Assembly (NCBI RefSeq): GCF_902459465.1
Contig: NC_047076.1
Location: 3,844,001-3,908,000, forward strand
Direction of reading: 5' to 3'
DNA: 64,000 nucleotides
DNA from: Asterias rubens
Taxonomy: Eukaryota
The notes under the pieces are model-generated. The model was not told the DNA's origin. It ran no database searches and saw nothing but the letters and a program-made list of their open reading frames with translations. The position numbers were made by a program, and so were the translations under genes. This document shows, in pieces, positions 25,153 to 38,579 of this stretch; position 1 is the first letter of the stretch; each line of letters starts with the position of its first letter.

Positions 25153-27200
25153 GTCGCTCAAGGGCCTATATTAAAGAAATGTATTGCTCAACGTGGATAA
25201 GCATGAACATGCTAATCTAGTCATGGCGCAATGTGTATGTTACGTGACCGGCTGTCTAGTAGTTTATTTCTCCCTATAACTCTTTTCCTCTCTTTGCAAA
25301 TAAAACTTGCTATGTAATAATAATTGAGATTTATTTTGGTAAAACGTTCGTGTGCCTGGCGCTCACCTACAAATGGAAATTACCCCTGTGGTGGGTTTTA
25401 AGCATGTTGCAAATTGCCTTCGAGAGTGATTCGTGAGTCACCCGTATGGATACGCATCATATATGCCCTAAATCTATACACACCGTGCATCCGTCCCTCT
25501 CGCTTTATTTTGCATTGATTTTTCGCTTGAACTTGGTCAATATTTGATTTAGGGATTAGACTACTTGATAAAGATTAAAAAACTATGTTGAGTTATGTTA
25601 AAGTTTGCTGTGGCTGTACTTCTTCTTATTTCCGGGCAGTCTTCTTAAAAAAAAAAGGGAATTATGTTTGTGGTAATGAACTCAAATCGTACAGTGTTTA
25701 ACGGTCCAACTGATCACGTGAATTGATTACCATATTGGGCGATTCAGAGACAGTGAAACCAAGCGGGAAATAATATATTTTGTGGCAATCGCATATCTTT
25801 AGACGTCTTCAAACGTCATCTTCTCAATTGACAATTATTTCAGTCAGAAACACTTTTGTGGACAACTATTGTCTCCAACTTTATGATAGGCGATCGTTTT
25901 AGATCGAAACTATAATCATTTCCACGCCTTGATAATCATTATCAATGATTGATAGAAGGAAGAGTGAAATCATACATAGCCAGGGAAAGGAAACTGGTAT
26001 ATTGGGAAAGAGGTTGTAGAGGATATTAAAAGAGAAGGGGAACAAACAAAGGTTAATGACTTCACAACTCATCAAACGTCCCAACGAGACTCTGTTTGAC
26101 TCCCATGAAAAGTAATAATTGATGAAATAGCCGTAGACTATTGGTACCTTTGTGAATATTACTCTCCGATGTTTATCAAGATAAACATCAAAGAGCCATC
26201 GGTATAAATACGACGACTATGTGAGCCAGAAAGAATGTGGGCACATGATGAAAGAATCCCAGATGATGATTGCAATTTGATTGTGAGTCCTCATTTCCAC
26301 AAATTTTCGTATCAATATTAACAATCAGGTGCATTGGATGTTGTGTTAGTCACTTATGGCCGTGTTCGGTTTGGCGGCCACAGAGATCTCCGCGCCATCA
26401 TGCGTTGAGGTATAGGACGTACTTTGGATACGGCCTCAGGCACAACTTGTATCACAACACTGCAAACTATAGTGAAGATGGCCGGATAAGAATGCGGTCA
26501 CATCAGTGCTTACAATAATGCATTAATTAATCATTTATAATATTACTAAACAATCAATTGTCTTTGATTTAGTTTCAATAACAAGTGGATTCACAATGTT
26601 TGTTGCTGTTCTTTTGTTTTTGTTTTCGTTTATAGTGATTTTTTGATCGAATAAAAATTCGTAAACGGGCATCATGAACTCTTGTCAGACGTGGTGGCAC
26701 GCAGTTCCTGGCTTCCAGCCATACATTTGCGACATCGTCAAAATCTGGCACACGTACGTGGCCCTGAGAGCCCTATACCACATACAGCGACGTCTTGCTG
26801 GGAGTTTTATTCGTGGCACGGGGCCCCCTTGCGGTCTGAGGTTCATCTTAGTCTCTTGTTTATCAATGAATTACAAACTGTTGACACATTTCTTTTTTTA
26901 TTACATTCCAAACAGCGGAGGGGATTTGTGCCCAGGTGTTGATCTATGATCGATTTTTTTTTTTTACTTTTCCTTTATAAAAACATTGTGGGGCTAAGCC
27001 TGTAATACACAAACTTCAACCTCCTTTTGAAAACACGGCACAGTACTGCTTTAATAGGTTACTTCCCACCGCGGCTACGCCGCGATGAGCAATGTAAATG
27101 ATGCTGCCAAAAGGGTAATACGCCTACCTAAAGACATTATACTTTGTCCATTTTGTCCACAGAGTTTTAGGGAAATATTCCTGGCATGCTGGTAAGTTTG

Positions 27201-27586
27201 TTAAAGGCAGTGGACACTATTGGTAATTACTCAAAATAATTATTAGCATAAAACCTTACTTGGTGACGAGTAATGGGGAGAGGTTGATGGTACAAAACAT
27301 TGTGAGAAACGGCTCCCTCTGAAGTGACATAGTTTTCGAGAAAGGAGCAATTTTCAACTAGTTTGATTTCGAGACCTCGGGTTTAGAACTTGAGGTCTCG
27401 AAATCAACCATCTAAACGCACACAACTTCCTGTGACAAGGGTGTTTTTTCTTTCATTGTTATCTCGCAACTTCGACGACCAATTGAGCTCAAATTTTCAC
27501 AGGTTTGTTATTTTATTCATATGTTGAGATACACAAAGTGAGAAGACTGGTTCTTGACAATTACCAATAGTGTCCAGGGTCTTTAA
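27201..27586 (+). mobile_element. Family A MITE, full length, palindrome subfamily
   Basis: TTAA ends, TIRs and internal palindrome. Confidence 0.95.
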
Positions 27587-27805
27587 TGACGCCATGATAA
27601 CACACATGACGTGATATTTTCCTGTCTTTACATTAACCACTTCCTTCAACCTTTCAATCTCGTCCCCACAACAGCCGTCAATTTACGAGCTTTGAGAGAG
27701 AGGGAGCAGACGGGTGCACCCAAGCGCAGCAGCGAGAACACACAAACGCCACTCGCGGTAAGAACTCGGCTTTTACTGAGTCGTCTTTCCCAATCGAAAA
27801 GTATC

Positions 27806-27863
27806 ATGACAACCTCGGAGAAGGAATGCGATTTTCTGAAGTCTATGCAGACGGAGAGTGAAG
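27806..27863 (+). CDS. Candidate first coding exon (MTTSEKECDFLKSMQTESE), product unknown
   Basis: GC-richer leader at 27690-27805, gtatcATG context and a strong AG|GTAAGA donor. No recognisable domain. Confidence 0.3.
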
Positions 27864-28001
27864 GTAAGAAAATCCGATTTGAAGTTTCGCACTGTCAAAC
27901 TAAGAGAGGTTTTGCGGTAACACCATGTGAATATCTCTTTTTTTAGTAGTGTTGTTCAGTAGTGTTGGATCAGAACCAACACTACGAAACGCAACACCAC
28001 C

Positions 28002-28202
28002 GGGCCACAATTGCACAGAGCTGCTTTTAAAAATAATCAGAAAATACTTATTAACAATTTTCTGCTAGCAGAAATGAGCAGGATACCACTCACAAATGAT
28101 CCATGTTATGCTAAAATGATGCTTTGGCTGGTAATCCTATTCTGGTAATAAAAAAAAAGAATAATTTTGTTGTGCTTTAAGCACCTGTATGAAGTTGGGC
28201 CA
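28002..28202. mobile_element. Family D MITE (gggcccaatttc-type TIR), diverged
   Basis: gggccacaattgcacagagctgct ... aagcacctgtatgaagttgggcc; homologous to 43362-43562. Confidence 0.7.
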
Positions 28203-28229
28203 AGTTTAGCAGTCAGTTTTCTTTTTCTT

Positions 28230-28260
<31 letters not shown>

Positions 28261-29687
28261 CGCGGGCTTTATACAGCTGCCTTTATGACCACGAGTGGTA
28301 AATGGTCAAGTCGGAAAGGCTTGGTACAAAACGCAACCCCAGTGTGTCAGTAAAATGATTGTTAATATTGTTTGTTTTGTTTGTGCGTTTTTTTGGTATT
28401 TTTTCTTTTGAGGCCGTTTAAAGCTGCTTTATGAACACGAGAGGTAAACCGGTCAAAGCTATACCAAGGGCAGAACAGCTGGCATCGAGTCAAGTACGTT
28501 GAACCAAGCAGTATTGATTCTGAAAATGAAAACCCCAGAGTCTATTCCTTATAGTCGGTGTAGGGTCGTGATGAATGGGGGTGACGTGCAACCTACCGTG
28601 GAATGTTTTGTCCACACATCGATTGTTGTATTATAGGAACTCTAAATTAAACGTTTCGGCTTCGTTAAATGTCCCCAAAATACCATGAGACAAAACGCTC
28701 AGCATGTTTTTTTTTTTTTTGCTTTGTGTAATCAGTGAAGAAATTCAGATGGGAAGTCCATTACATTCGTTCAACTGCAAAGCGCTTATATTAGAAAAGG
28801 TAATTAGAAAAGGCGGATTATTGTGAAGGTTGTGTGAAAAATGATCAGTTGTTCATATGTGTATATGAATCCACCATGTGATATTATAATGCATTTCATC
28901 TGAAACAATCGTTGATATGGATGATATAGATATGCCAGATGAAATACCGGTATAAAAACCTTATCTTTCTTCAATGAGTATACTTTAGAAATTGTGTGTT
29001 ATTTTTTTTTTTTTTTTTTTTGTCTACGACACTCTTCGGTATGCAGAAGTGTTTAAAACCGATCACAAGACTTACATTGTGGAAAGAAAAGAGAACAAAT
29101 TTAAAATCCCTCCAATTAACGAGGGCCGATGTCAGCACATGCTGAAATAGTCGTGTTATGTAATTGTCTTTACACGTCGTACAAACTGGTCAGCTCATGT
29201 TATGATTTCCTAGGCTGGACCATCCCACACGTCACAGAGGGGGTGTCAATATACAGTGATGTGGTTAGACTTTGCTAGCATCATTTGTGTATAAGAAAAA
29301 TAGGTATAACTAGATTAATTAAAACTTAATTCATTAAGGAAACAAATTTTGACAAAACACTCAGATAAAACGAAATAATTTAGGGAAATACCAAACAACC
29401 CCTCTTAACCTAGGGGGTGGTTTCGGTACAACCACGAAGATCCCTATAGATGCAGGCTTTTAGTTCAAAATCTTTCATTATTATGTTGCCATTCATCTGT
29501 TTCATACAAAAACAAAAGGTTTGACTGAAAGTTGTAAGACAGTGTTCCCTTATAAAAACAAAACACAGTGAATATCTATAAATAGATTTGTCTGTCATCT
29601 CAACTTCAATTACATGCAGGTGTTGTAGAGTGTTGATTAATTAGATTTATACAGAACCATTGATGCGTATTTGAAAAGTATCTCATT

Positions 29688-30085
29688 TTATAGGCAGTGG
29701 ACACTATTGGTAACTTCTCAAAATAATTATCAGCATAAAACCTTACTTACTTAGTAACGAGTAATGGGGAGAGTTTGATAGTATAAAACATTGTGAGAAA
29801 AGGCTTCCTCTGAAGTAACATAGTTTTCGAGAAAGAATTAATTTTCAACGAATTTGATTTCGAGACCTCAGATTTAGAATTTAAGGTCTCGAAATCAAGC
29901 ATCTGAAAGCACACAACTTCGTGTGACACTGTATTTTTTTATATATTTTTTTTAATTATCTCGCAACTTCGATGACCAATATTGAGCTCAAATTTTCACA
30001 GGTTTGTTACAACATGTATATGTTGAGATCATATGAGTGAGAAGACTGGACTTTGACAATTACCAATAGTGTCCAGTGTCTTTAA
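29688..30085 (+). mobile_element. Family A MITE, palindrome subfamily
   Basis: ttataggcagtggacactattgg ... ccaatagtgtccagtgtctttaa. Confidence 0.9.
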
Positions 30086-30242
30086 ATAACACGCAGCACG
30101 CCCGCTAGCTACAAAAACCCAAAATAGTCAATAACCAACACTTGTGATCTATCTTAGAAGAGACAACTTGCAAAACGTACTCATTATCACAACTATAAAT
30201 AAAGCAAACTGAACGTATAATATCAGCAACAGTCATAGCATG

Positions 30243-30644
30243 TTAAGGCACTGGATACGTTTGGTAATTGTCAGAGATCAGTATTCTCACTGGATGTATC
30301 CCAACATATGCATAAAATAACAAACCAGTGCAGATTTTGACTCAATGTGTCGTCAAAGTTGCCTAGAATAATGAAAGAAAAACAACTCTTTGCACATTCA
30401 TGTGGGGTCTTTCTGATGCATATTTATAAAAGGCTTCAGGCCTGAAGTATTTTTTTTTTTTTTTTTTTTTTGGGGGGGGGGGTGAGAAATTACCTCTTTC
30501 TCAAAAACTACGTTACTTCAGAGGGAGCCAGTTTCTCACAATATGTTTTATACTATCAATAGCTCTCCATTGCTCATTACCTATTCAGTTTTAATGCTAA
30601 CAATTATTGTGAGTTATTACCAATAGTGTCCCATGCCATTTTAA
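30243..30644 (-). mobile_element. Family A MITE with an internal T/G homopolymer expansion
   Basis: TTAA ends; a long T run followed by a G run at ~30449-30483. Confidence 0.85.
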
Positions 30645-31415
30645 TAGCATGACAATAGCCGGGTACTAATTTGACATTTCATTTGCAAATTAACCTAATC
30701 GCATCATTTTTGGCCTTCGAATTCGGAAAGGACTCTGCTGTCCACACGTCAGACCATTAACTATTTTTGCAATTAAACTATGGTTCATTTTGGTTGGTAG
30801 GCAATTATATACTTTTTTTCCACATAAATAAAAAACGAGGATCAAACCGTGTACTGTCACTGTCCACTGGTTCCAGTGCTACTCAGGAAAATGATTAGTT
30901 TAATAATTTCGCTTCAAAAAAGTTTGTAATTGTTACCTCCGAATTATAAATTACTGGAAAATGGAATCGTGTGTAGTACGAAATTTTTAAATTGTACACG
31001 AGACGATCAATAATACGATCAATTGAGGACCTGATGTACGTGAATGTTTCATGTATTTATTTGCTTTTTGTTCTTTTTTATTTTCGGATTTATTTTTTAT
31101 TTTATTTTTTCTTCACATTTTGAAACCGGACGAGTTATCCGAGATCTATTCCTCACTGTCTAATACGCGAGGCAATTTACTGCAGGCGACTTCCTACATG
31201 TAATGGGTACCCGTCTGGTAAAGACGTGCTCGATCAGCCATCGTGTATATAATGTTTACCCAATCCAAGTAAGTAGCCAAAACATTATGGTATCCCAGTA
31301 TGATGTAAGGCCCATAGAGAGTTGTACCTTATTTGTGCCAATGTAAACTGTACATTTTAATATTGGACCCATATTGTAGGTTACTGGAAACCCCCAACTT
31401 AATGCAATTTCACCC

Positions 31416-31791
31416 TTAAAGGCACCGGACAACTTTGGTTATTGGTTAAGTGGTTCCAAACATCATGCGTAAACACAACAAATCTGGGGAAATTTTGACT
31501 CCAATGGTCATCGAAATTACAAGAAAATAAGTAAAGGAATAGAACCCTTGTTGCACAAATATGTGTGCTTTCAGATGCCTATTAAAAGGCTTCATCATGA
31601 AGTATTTTAAACCTTGAGTGAGAAATTACTTCCTTCTCAAAAACTACCTTACTTCAGAGGGAGCCATTTCTCACAACGTTTTGTATGTATACCATCAACA
31701 GCTCTCCTCTGCTCGTTGCCAAGTAATTTTGTATGCGAACAAATATTTTGAGTAATTACCAATAGTGTCGAGCACTATACAGTACCCTTAA
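31416..31791 (-). mobile_element. Family A MITE
   Basis: ttaaaggcaccggacaactttgg ... gagtaattaccaatagtgtc. Confidence 0.85.
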
Positions 31792-32307
31792 CTCCGATCT
31801 TAATGAACTGCAACATAGTTATCCATTTTAAAATGTAATCTGAACCATAATATACCTCCAAAACTCAACCAGTATCTTTAGCCATTCTCTTTAGTAATAT
31901 CAACCCACAATGTAACCCCATACTCGTAATGCAAACCATCCGATTCCCTGTTGACTAATGTGCAATTAAGCTCATAATGATAACGATATTCAGCCCATTT
32001 GTCGGACTCATTGGCCTATGATGTAATTCAACCCCACAATATGATACCTAACCGATGTTAAACGAAGTATGATGGCGTCACAGCATCATTGCCGATCATT
32101 GCGTTACCAGCTTTTCACACGAACCATATAAGATGTTACCCAAGCAGCTGCTCGCTGACTTGATATTTTCTAACTTTTTAAAGCGCCTGTCTCCTACGCA
32201 AGCGGCGCTCATGGCGCTGCTGTACAAACAATGCAACCAACAAGCAGTGAAAGAAGCATCACATAAATAGAAAATAGGCTTAAATGTCTAGTCATTATAG
32301 TCTGTAC

Positions 32308-32571
32308 GCCATTCTCTGTGCCATTCTGTATGCCATTCTCTATGCCATTCTGTATGCCATTCTGTATGCCATTCTCTATGCCATGATGTACACCATTCTG
32401 TACACCATTCTGTATGCCATTCTCTACGCCATTCTGTATGCCATTCTGTATGCCATTCTGTATGCCATTATGTATGCCATTCTGTATGCCATTCTCTACG
32501 CCATTCTGTATACCATTCTGTATGCCATTCTGTATGCCATTCTCTATGCCATTCTGTATGCCATTCTGTAT
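32308..32571. repeat. 12-bp minisatellite (GCCATTCTGTAT)x22
   Basis: 22 consecutive units with no indels; reads (AILY)n on + and (IQNG)n on -. Confidence 0.95.
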
Positions 32572-33139
32572 TTCATGCTGTATACAACTTTGTAATTGTT
32601 ACTCAACTGCATATAGAAGTTTATCGGTCTGCCTTTGACCTGAGAGCTCCAAATATGGCGTGATATACGATCCTGCCTGTGTCTTCTTCTTTATACATCA
32701 GACCTAGAAAAAGACATGTCCTCAAAAATCATAGACAACAATTTGTAGTGCGCGGCAAATTTCACAAATAAGAATGTTTACTTTTGTGTGTCGTGACATT
32801 GCAATTAGCAACTGCGTAATGGTGGCCCGATGGAAATATCAGGGACAGTGATGGGTGCGTATTAATTGATATTGATGTAAAACATTGATACCGCTTCAAC
32901 TTGTCATCATACCGGGGTCAGGTTGAAAAGAAAATGCCGTGCGTTTTCGGCGGGAAGCCATCAAACGGAGAAGTCTGTCGTCTGCTCGGCTTTTGTTGAT
33001 GTAATTAAGTTATAGCGAGTATGTGACGACGTATTGGATAAGGTCGAATTGGGGTAATTGTCTATATCAGTTAGATGCTGTCATAAAGGGTGGGTACTTA
33101 GACGTCCATCGAAAATAGCTCAAATTGTTGAAATGGAGC

Positions 33140-33920
33140 TCGAGATGTCTTTGTTGAGGTTGGGGCGTTGGGGCAGGATGTTTTTAGTCGATGAAAATGC
33201 TCGTCTGAAATTAGTTTCATTAGCTTCATTTTTTGTTACTATTGCGTTCGTTTTGGGTTATATTTGTGTTCGTTTTGGGTTACATTTGTATTTGAATTAT
33301 GGAATTGAAGTTTCGTGATTTTGTTTACGCTGGGGGTGGAGGCAGGATGTTGCTTGTACAAATTTGAGCTCAATCGGTCGTCGAAGTTGCGAAATAATAA
33401 TGAGAGAAAAAACACCCTTGTCACACGAAGTTGTGTGCTTTCAGATGCTTGATTTCGAGAACTCACATTCTAAATCTGAGGTCTCGAAATCAAACTCGTG
33501 GAAAATTACTTCTTTCTCGAAAACTACGTTACTTCAAAGGGAGCCGTTTTTCACAATGTTTTATGCTATCAATCTCTCCCCATTACTCGTCACCAAGTAA
33601 GGTTTTACTCTAATAATTATTTTGAGTAATTACCAATAGTGCCCACTGCCTTTAAGGTGCTATTATGTATCTTGACCAAACCCTCTATGCATGTCTTTGT
33701 TTGGGTTGGGGTGGAGGCAGCATGTTTCTTATTGATAAAATGTTTTGTTTGTAAAAAGTTTCATTAGCTTCTCTTTTTGGTTATATTTGTGGTAGTTTGG
33801 GGTTATGTTTGTGCTTGATTTGTTGAATGGAACTCTCGGTGGCTTTGTTGAGACTGACGTGGAAACAGGATGATACTCGTTAAAGAAAATGCTCCCCTGA
33901 AATTAACTTCATTGGCTTCG
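33140..33920. repeat. Diverged tandem repeat (~4 units) interrupted by family A
   Basis: ggggtggaggcag(g/c)atg and gaaaatgctc..ctgaaatt..ttcatt.gcttc recur. Confidence 0.6.
33357..33655 (-). mobile_element. Family A MITE, one end missing, palindrome subfamily
   Basis: aaatttgagctcaatcggtc ... ccaatagtgcccactgcctttaa. Confidence 0.9.
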
Positions 33921-35107
33921 TTTGGGGAGATATTATTTGTGTAACCGTTCTAACAATGCGTGCGCCCCGATTCAATGAAGGGGTACGTTTGTAATATAAT
34001 TATGGAGATGTGGGATGCCTTGAGTGTATGTTCTGTATCTTGGCTCTACGTTTGTGTGTGCCATACTACTCACCATCTTTTATTTAGAGCAGAATATGCA
34101 TTAAAACATCGCCCTATACGCAATCGTATTGCTTGCGTTATCAACCACTATTGTTCACGATAGCTTTTCCTTTTGGATCACATTTCATGACCGTGTAATT
34201 CGGAGCTCACAATACCAGGAGCACCTACATATACACTGCAATAGTTGGAGTGTTAAATTTGTTCTCTTGGAATACATATGTGACAACACCGACACGGTGT
34301 TAAATTCACCTACGATATAGTAATGGGGATAAATAACACCATGTTGGTGTTGTCACAAAAAGATACCAGGACGAAGTTAATAAACACCCCAGTTTTTGCG
34401 AAGAAATCCGCAGTACGAGGGCCGTGAAACTTGCCCAAGACTAGGACATAATTAGTTCTGTCATGAAAACCGATATAGAACAATAATAACATTCAACATA
34501 AATTATTCTCTGTAATTTCAGTATATTCCTGCGTATTTATTTTCAGAGTTGTATGTTTTACAATTTGTTTTGAACCATTCAGTTTCAATTCATCAAGCAG
34601 ATGATAGCCGTAATTAATACAAAGTGGCTTATTTGACTTGGCTGACGTGATTAGCCATGCAGTGAATAGAACAACAACAATTTATTTTTAAATTCAAGAG
34701 GTATAAAAATAGTCATTTTAAACGACACGTTTTTGCTTCGTATAAACACTCATTGACAAGCTGCTGGTTCAATTAATTTGACTTTATTTAGCTATAGACC
34801 TTTTAGTGCATGCATTTTAAGCGGAATACTCCATTTTGTGTAAAGGGTAAGAAGAAGGGACGGGGGAAATGCTTGTATGGTCACTTTAGGCGCTTATACA
34901 CACTTAAAGGCACTGGACCCTACATGTATGTTGGAAAATACATTAAATATACAGAACACTCTTCGCGCCTAATCGACTTTATGATCAGCAACCCTGTGGA
35001 TATAAAGATAGTGCTTCAAGTAAATTTACTTGACAAAGACATCAGAGCACGTGCATTCCTTCTTCTTTTTCCTCTTTTTTTTCCCCGGAGGAAATTTTCG
35101 TCAAACC

Positions 35108-35430
35108 TTAAAGACACTGGACACTTATGCTAATTGTCAAAGACTAGTCTCCTCACTTTGTGTATCTCAACATTTGCATAAAACAACAAACAAGTAAAAG
35201 TTTTAGCTCATTTGGTCGTCGAAGTTTGGAGAGAGTATGGTAGAAAAACGCATCGTAGCACAATTCAAACCCTTTAGTGAGAAAATACTTATTTCACAGA
35301 AACTACGTTACTTAAGAGGGAGCCGTTTCTCACAATGTTTTATACCAGCAACAGCTCTCCGTTGAATAATTAACAAGTATGTTTTTATGTTAACAATTAA
35401 TCTTAGTGATTGCCGATAGCGTCCCTGTAA
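35108..35430 (-). mobile_element. Family A MITE, diverged
   Basis: ttaaagacactggacactt ... gattgccgatagcgtccctg. Confidence 0.75.
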
Positions 35431-35460
35431 CGCCGGATACCCCAGTGCTGTGCAACTTCA

Positions 35461-35827
35461 TTAACGACATGCACTGGACACTATTGGTAAGTGTCGTCTT
35501 CTCACTTGGTGTATCTCAACATGTGCATAACATACATAACAAACCTGTGAAAATTTGAACCGAATTGGTCGTCGAAGTTGCGAGATAATAATGAAAGAAA
35601 AAAACTACCCTATTATAACACGAAGTTGTGTGCTTTAAGATGGTTGATTTCGAGACCTCAAATTCTAATCCTGAGGTCTCGAAATCAAATTCGTGGAAAT
35701 TACTTCTTTCTCGAAAACTATGTCACTTCAGATGTTTTATACTATCAACCTCTCCCCATACTTACCGAGTTAGGTTTTCTGCTAATAATTGTTTTGAGTA
35801 ATTACCAATAGTGTCCACTGCCTTCAA
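35461..35827 (-). mobile_element. Family A MITE, palindrome subfamily
   Basis: gcactggacactattggtaag ... ccaatagtgtccactgccttcaa. Confidence 0.85.
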
Positions 35828-36753
35828 GAGTGTTCATTTGTTCATCAGTTACCATCTGATCTACAGGGTACCAGTTTCTTTTCCGCGATTACATCGACCA
35901 CCGTTAATGGAAGTGATCTGGATACGATACCAGCATTTTATCGCTCTTGTTTATCTACCGAAACTAAAGGAAGATGTAAAACCAACCAGCCTGAACTAAG
36001 GTGGTTGTAAATTAATGGGGATCCTACGGAAATGTACATATCAAGGAGAGTGTTGAATTTTGATCATTTATTAATTTGCACAAAAAGTGCAGATGGCCCC
36101 AGTTGTGATTAAGATAAGGAATGCACTTTTATCCACCCCCTCATCAAAATTATAATAAATAAGTTAAAACAAATCGGAATAAATCTAAGTGGAATTTAGA
36201 TTTCCCTGCCTGGGACGCTTGTCTCTTTGAAAAGTGTCCGGCTATTTTTTGGGACAAACTATCGGCTCTTAAAAATGGATACCGAATTCAATTTACTCCG
36301 TCCACTAAATTAAATAAAATTACCGATCATTTCAAGACAGCGAGGGTCGTTTTTTTTAAACATATTCAAATTTTGCCGTGTGAAAAAAATGTAAATAAAT
36401 AGCTCCACTTCGTAATATTTCAAATTCTGCCTTTATTGTGTTAAAAAAAGTGCTCAAGTGATCGCAGTCGACCAATAAGGCTGTAAAGTGAACTCAGCAA
36501 CGTGTTTGTGTGTTTGGGGGTGTTTTGTTTAGGCATTATGGAAGCCAAAGACTTTGGCTATAGTTGACTTTGGCACCTTTTTTAGCAAGATCTAAACCAA
36601 ATAATTTCGTTAGCTTGTATCTCAAAAACAACTATCTATTTATAGCCTATATTATTAAATATATTCACTCCCTGTGAGGGGTTCACGTCGTGGCTGAAAA
36701 CTTCATGTCCAAAAAGTATCAAAACCCCTCTCCCCTCAGATATATAAATAGTC

Positions 36754-37147
36754 TTAAAGACACTGGACATTATTGGTAATTGTCAAAGACTAGTCTTCTC
36801 ACTTGGTGTATCTCGACATACGCATAAAATACAAACCTGTTAAAATTTTAGCTTGATTGGTCGTCGGAGTTGCGAGATATTAATGAAATAAGAAAAACAA
36901 ACTTGTCACACGAGTTGTGTGCTTTCAGATGCTTGATTTCTAGACCTCAAATTATAAACTTGAGGTCTCGAAATCAAATTCATGGAAAATCACTTTTTTC
37001 TCGAAAACTACGTTACTTCAGAGGGAGCCGTTTCTCACAATGTTTTATACTATCAACCTCTCCCCATCACTACATTACTCATTTCCAAGTGAGGTTTTAT
37101 GCTGATAACTATTTTGAGTAATTGCCAATAGTGTCCATTGCCCTTAA
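36754..37147 (-). mobile_element. Family A MITE, full length, palindrome subfamily
   Basis: TTAA ends and TIRs. Confidence 0.9.
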
Positions 37148-37772
37148 TACACAAACACTGGAGATAAACTGTCATAAAACACAAACTGTCAAACGTATAG
37201 TCGTTATCATCATCGTTTTCTTTCTAGCATCTCGCCCACAAACAAATAATTTGTATTCGCAGCCGCCAAGCTGTTAAAATCATATGTAATGCTGGATTAA
37301 CGCTCTGTCTTAAATAATGATTAGATCTATAGTTCTGTGCGGTCATCAACTTAAAGCCGCGCCGAAAAAAAAGAAAAAAAAATATTGCAGGCCGTTGATT
37401 TGGCTGATAAATCGATTTTGGCAGCACCTGCGCTTTTAAAGCATCTAAGGGTGTTTGGGACTAACGTTGCCAATGAAATTATCAAGTTGCCGTGACAACG
37501 ATACCGTTTTTTTCTGCGTGGCCGATTTTAGCCTATTTTATATTGCTGCGTTGCAGTAGATCGTTTTCGTTTTTGACACTTTTTTTTTTTTTTGTGGGGG
37601 GGGGGTGGGGCGAGAGGGAGTCTTATTCTATGATTTCAAGAAGAGATAAACACAAATTCGCTACATTTTGGATGCTTTATTTGTGTAGTGAAAGACATAT
37701 AACCATTCAAGTTAGATGACAGTAACACTCACTTCTTCAATTCAGCATCAGTCATTACCCGAAATTATTAAC

Positions 37773-38222
37773 AGGCCTAGGTCAGCAGCGTTTTGTATTT
37801 TGTATGTGAAGAGTTCTATTTTGCCGATAATAGAATAGCAATGTTAACCGCAAACGTCACAAAACATCTCAATAAAAACATGTCGATTACTTCGCAGACG
37901 AAAATAAAAAAAGAGTTAATTGCTTGGGAGCCTGATGCGGAACGTAAAGTAGTGTTTCAACCCTATCTTTCATTGCGACACACTTTTCCTTTGACCTTTG
38001 ATCCGGTAAGAGGCCTAGGTCAGCAGCGTTTTGTATTTTGTATGTGAAGAGTTCTATTCTGCCGGTAATAGAATTGCAATATTATCCGTAAATGTCACAA
38101 GACATCTTGATCAAAACATGTGATTACTTCGCAGAAGAAAATAAACGAAAATGCTTCCGAGCTAAGACGCGGACCGTGGTACTGTTTTAAACCCTCTCTC
38201 TTTCATTGCGACACAGTTTCGG
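37773..38222. repeat. 238-bp tandem duplication
   Basis: Units start at 37773 and 38011; the first 48 bp are identical and the rest is visibly diverged. Confidence 0.9.
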
Positions 38223-38579
38223 AATGACGCGGCAAATTAAACATTTTTTGTGACCTAAATACATTAATGGAATGAGGTTAGATAAGGTTACCCGTAATTA
38301 TTGGATGAGTGTGATTCCCTTTATTAGATCTACGGTCTTTGAAAGAGGAAGGGGGGTTGTCGAAGACTTGGGTCAACCAATCCCATCTTAGAGACTCTGT
38401 AATAAAACCATACGATCTCTATTTGTTTTTCTTAAGTTGCTGCACCATAAATTTGGGTTTACTGAGGGATGAAAAAGGGGGTGTCTTCATTTATAATTGA
38501 TTAAAGGTGCAGTCGCGTCGAGATTTCCTAAGAAATGATTTCATGCATGGAATATTCACTAGCTGTATAAACAATGAGC

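Noticed and set aside
32284-32595. (AILY)n ORF and the other periodic repeats as a CRISPR-like array
   Set aside because: The units are contiguous with no unique spacers, there are no cas genes, and the context is eukaryotic.
32703-32960. Two-exon minus ORF MASRRKRTAFSFQPDP|[27 protein letters not shown] with a homeodomain-like RRKRTAF arm
   Set aside because: The helix-1 pattern QLxxLExxF and the WFxNRR motif are missing; the product is only ~43 aa.
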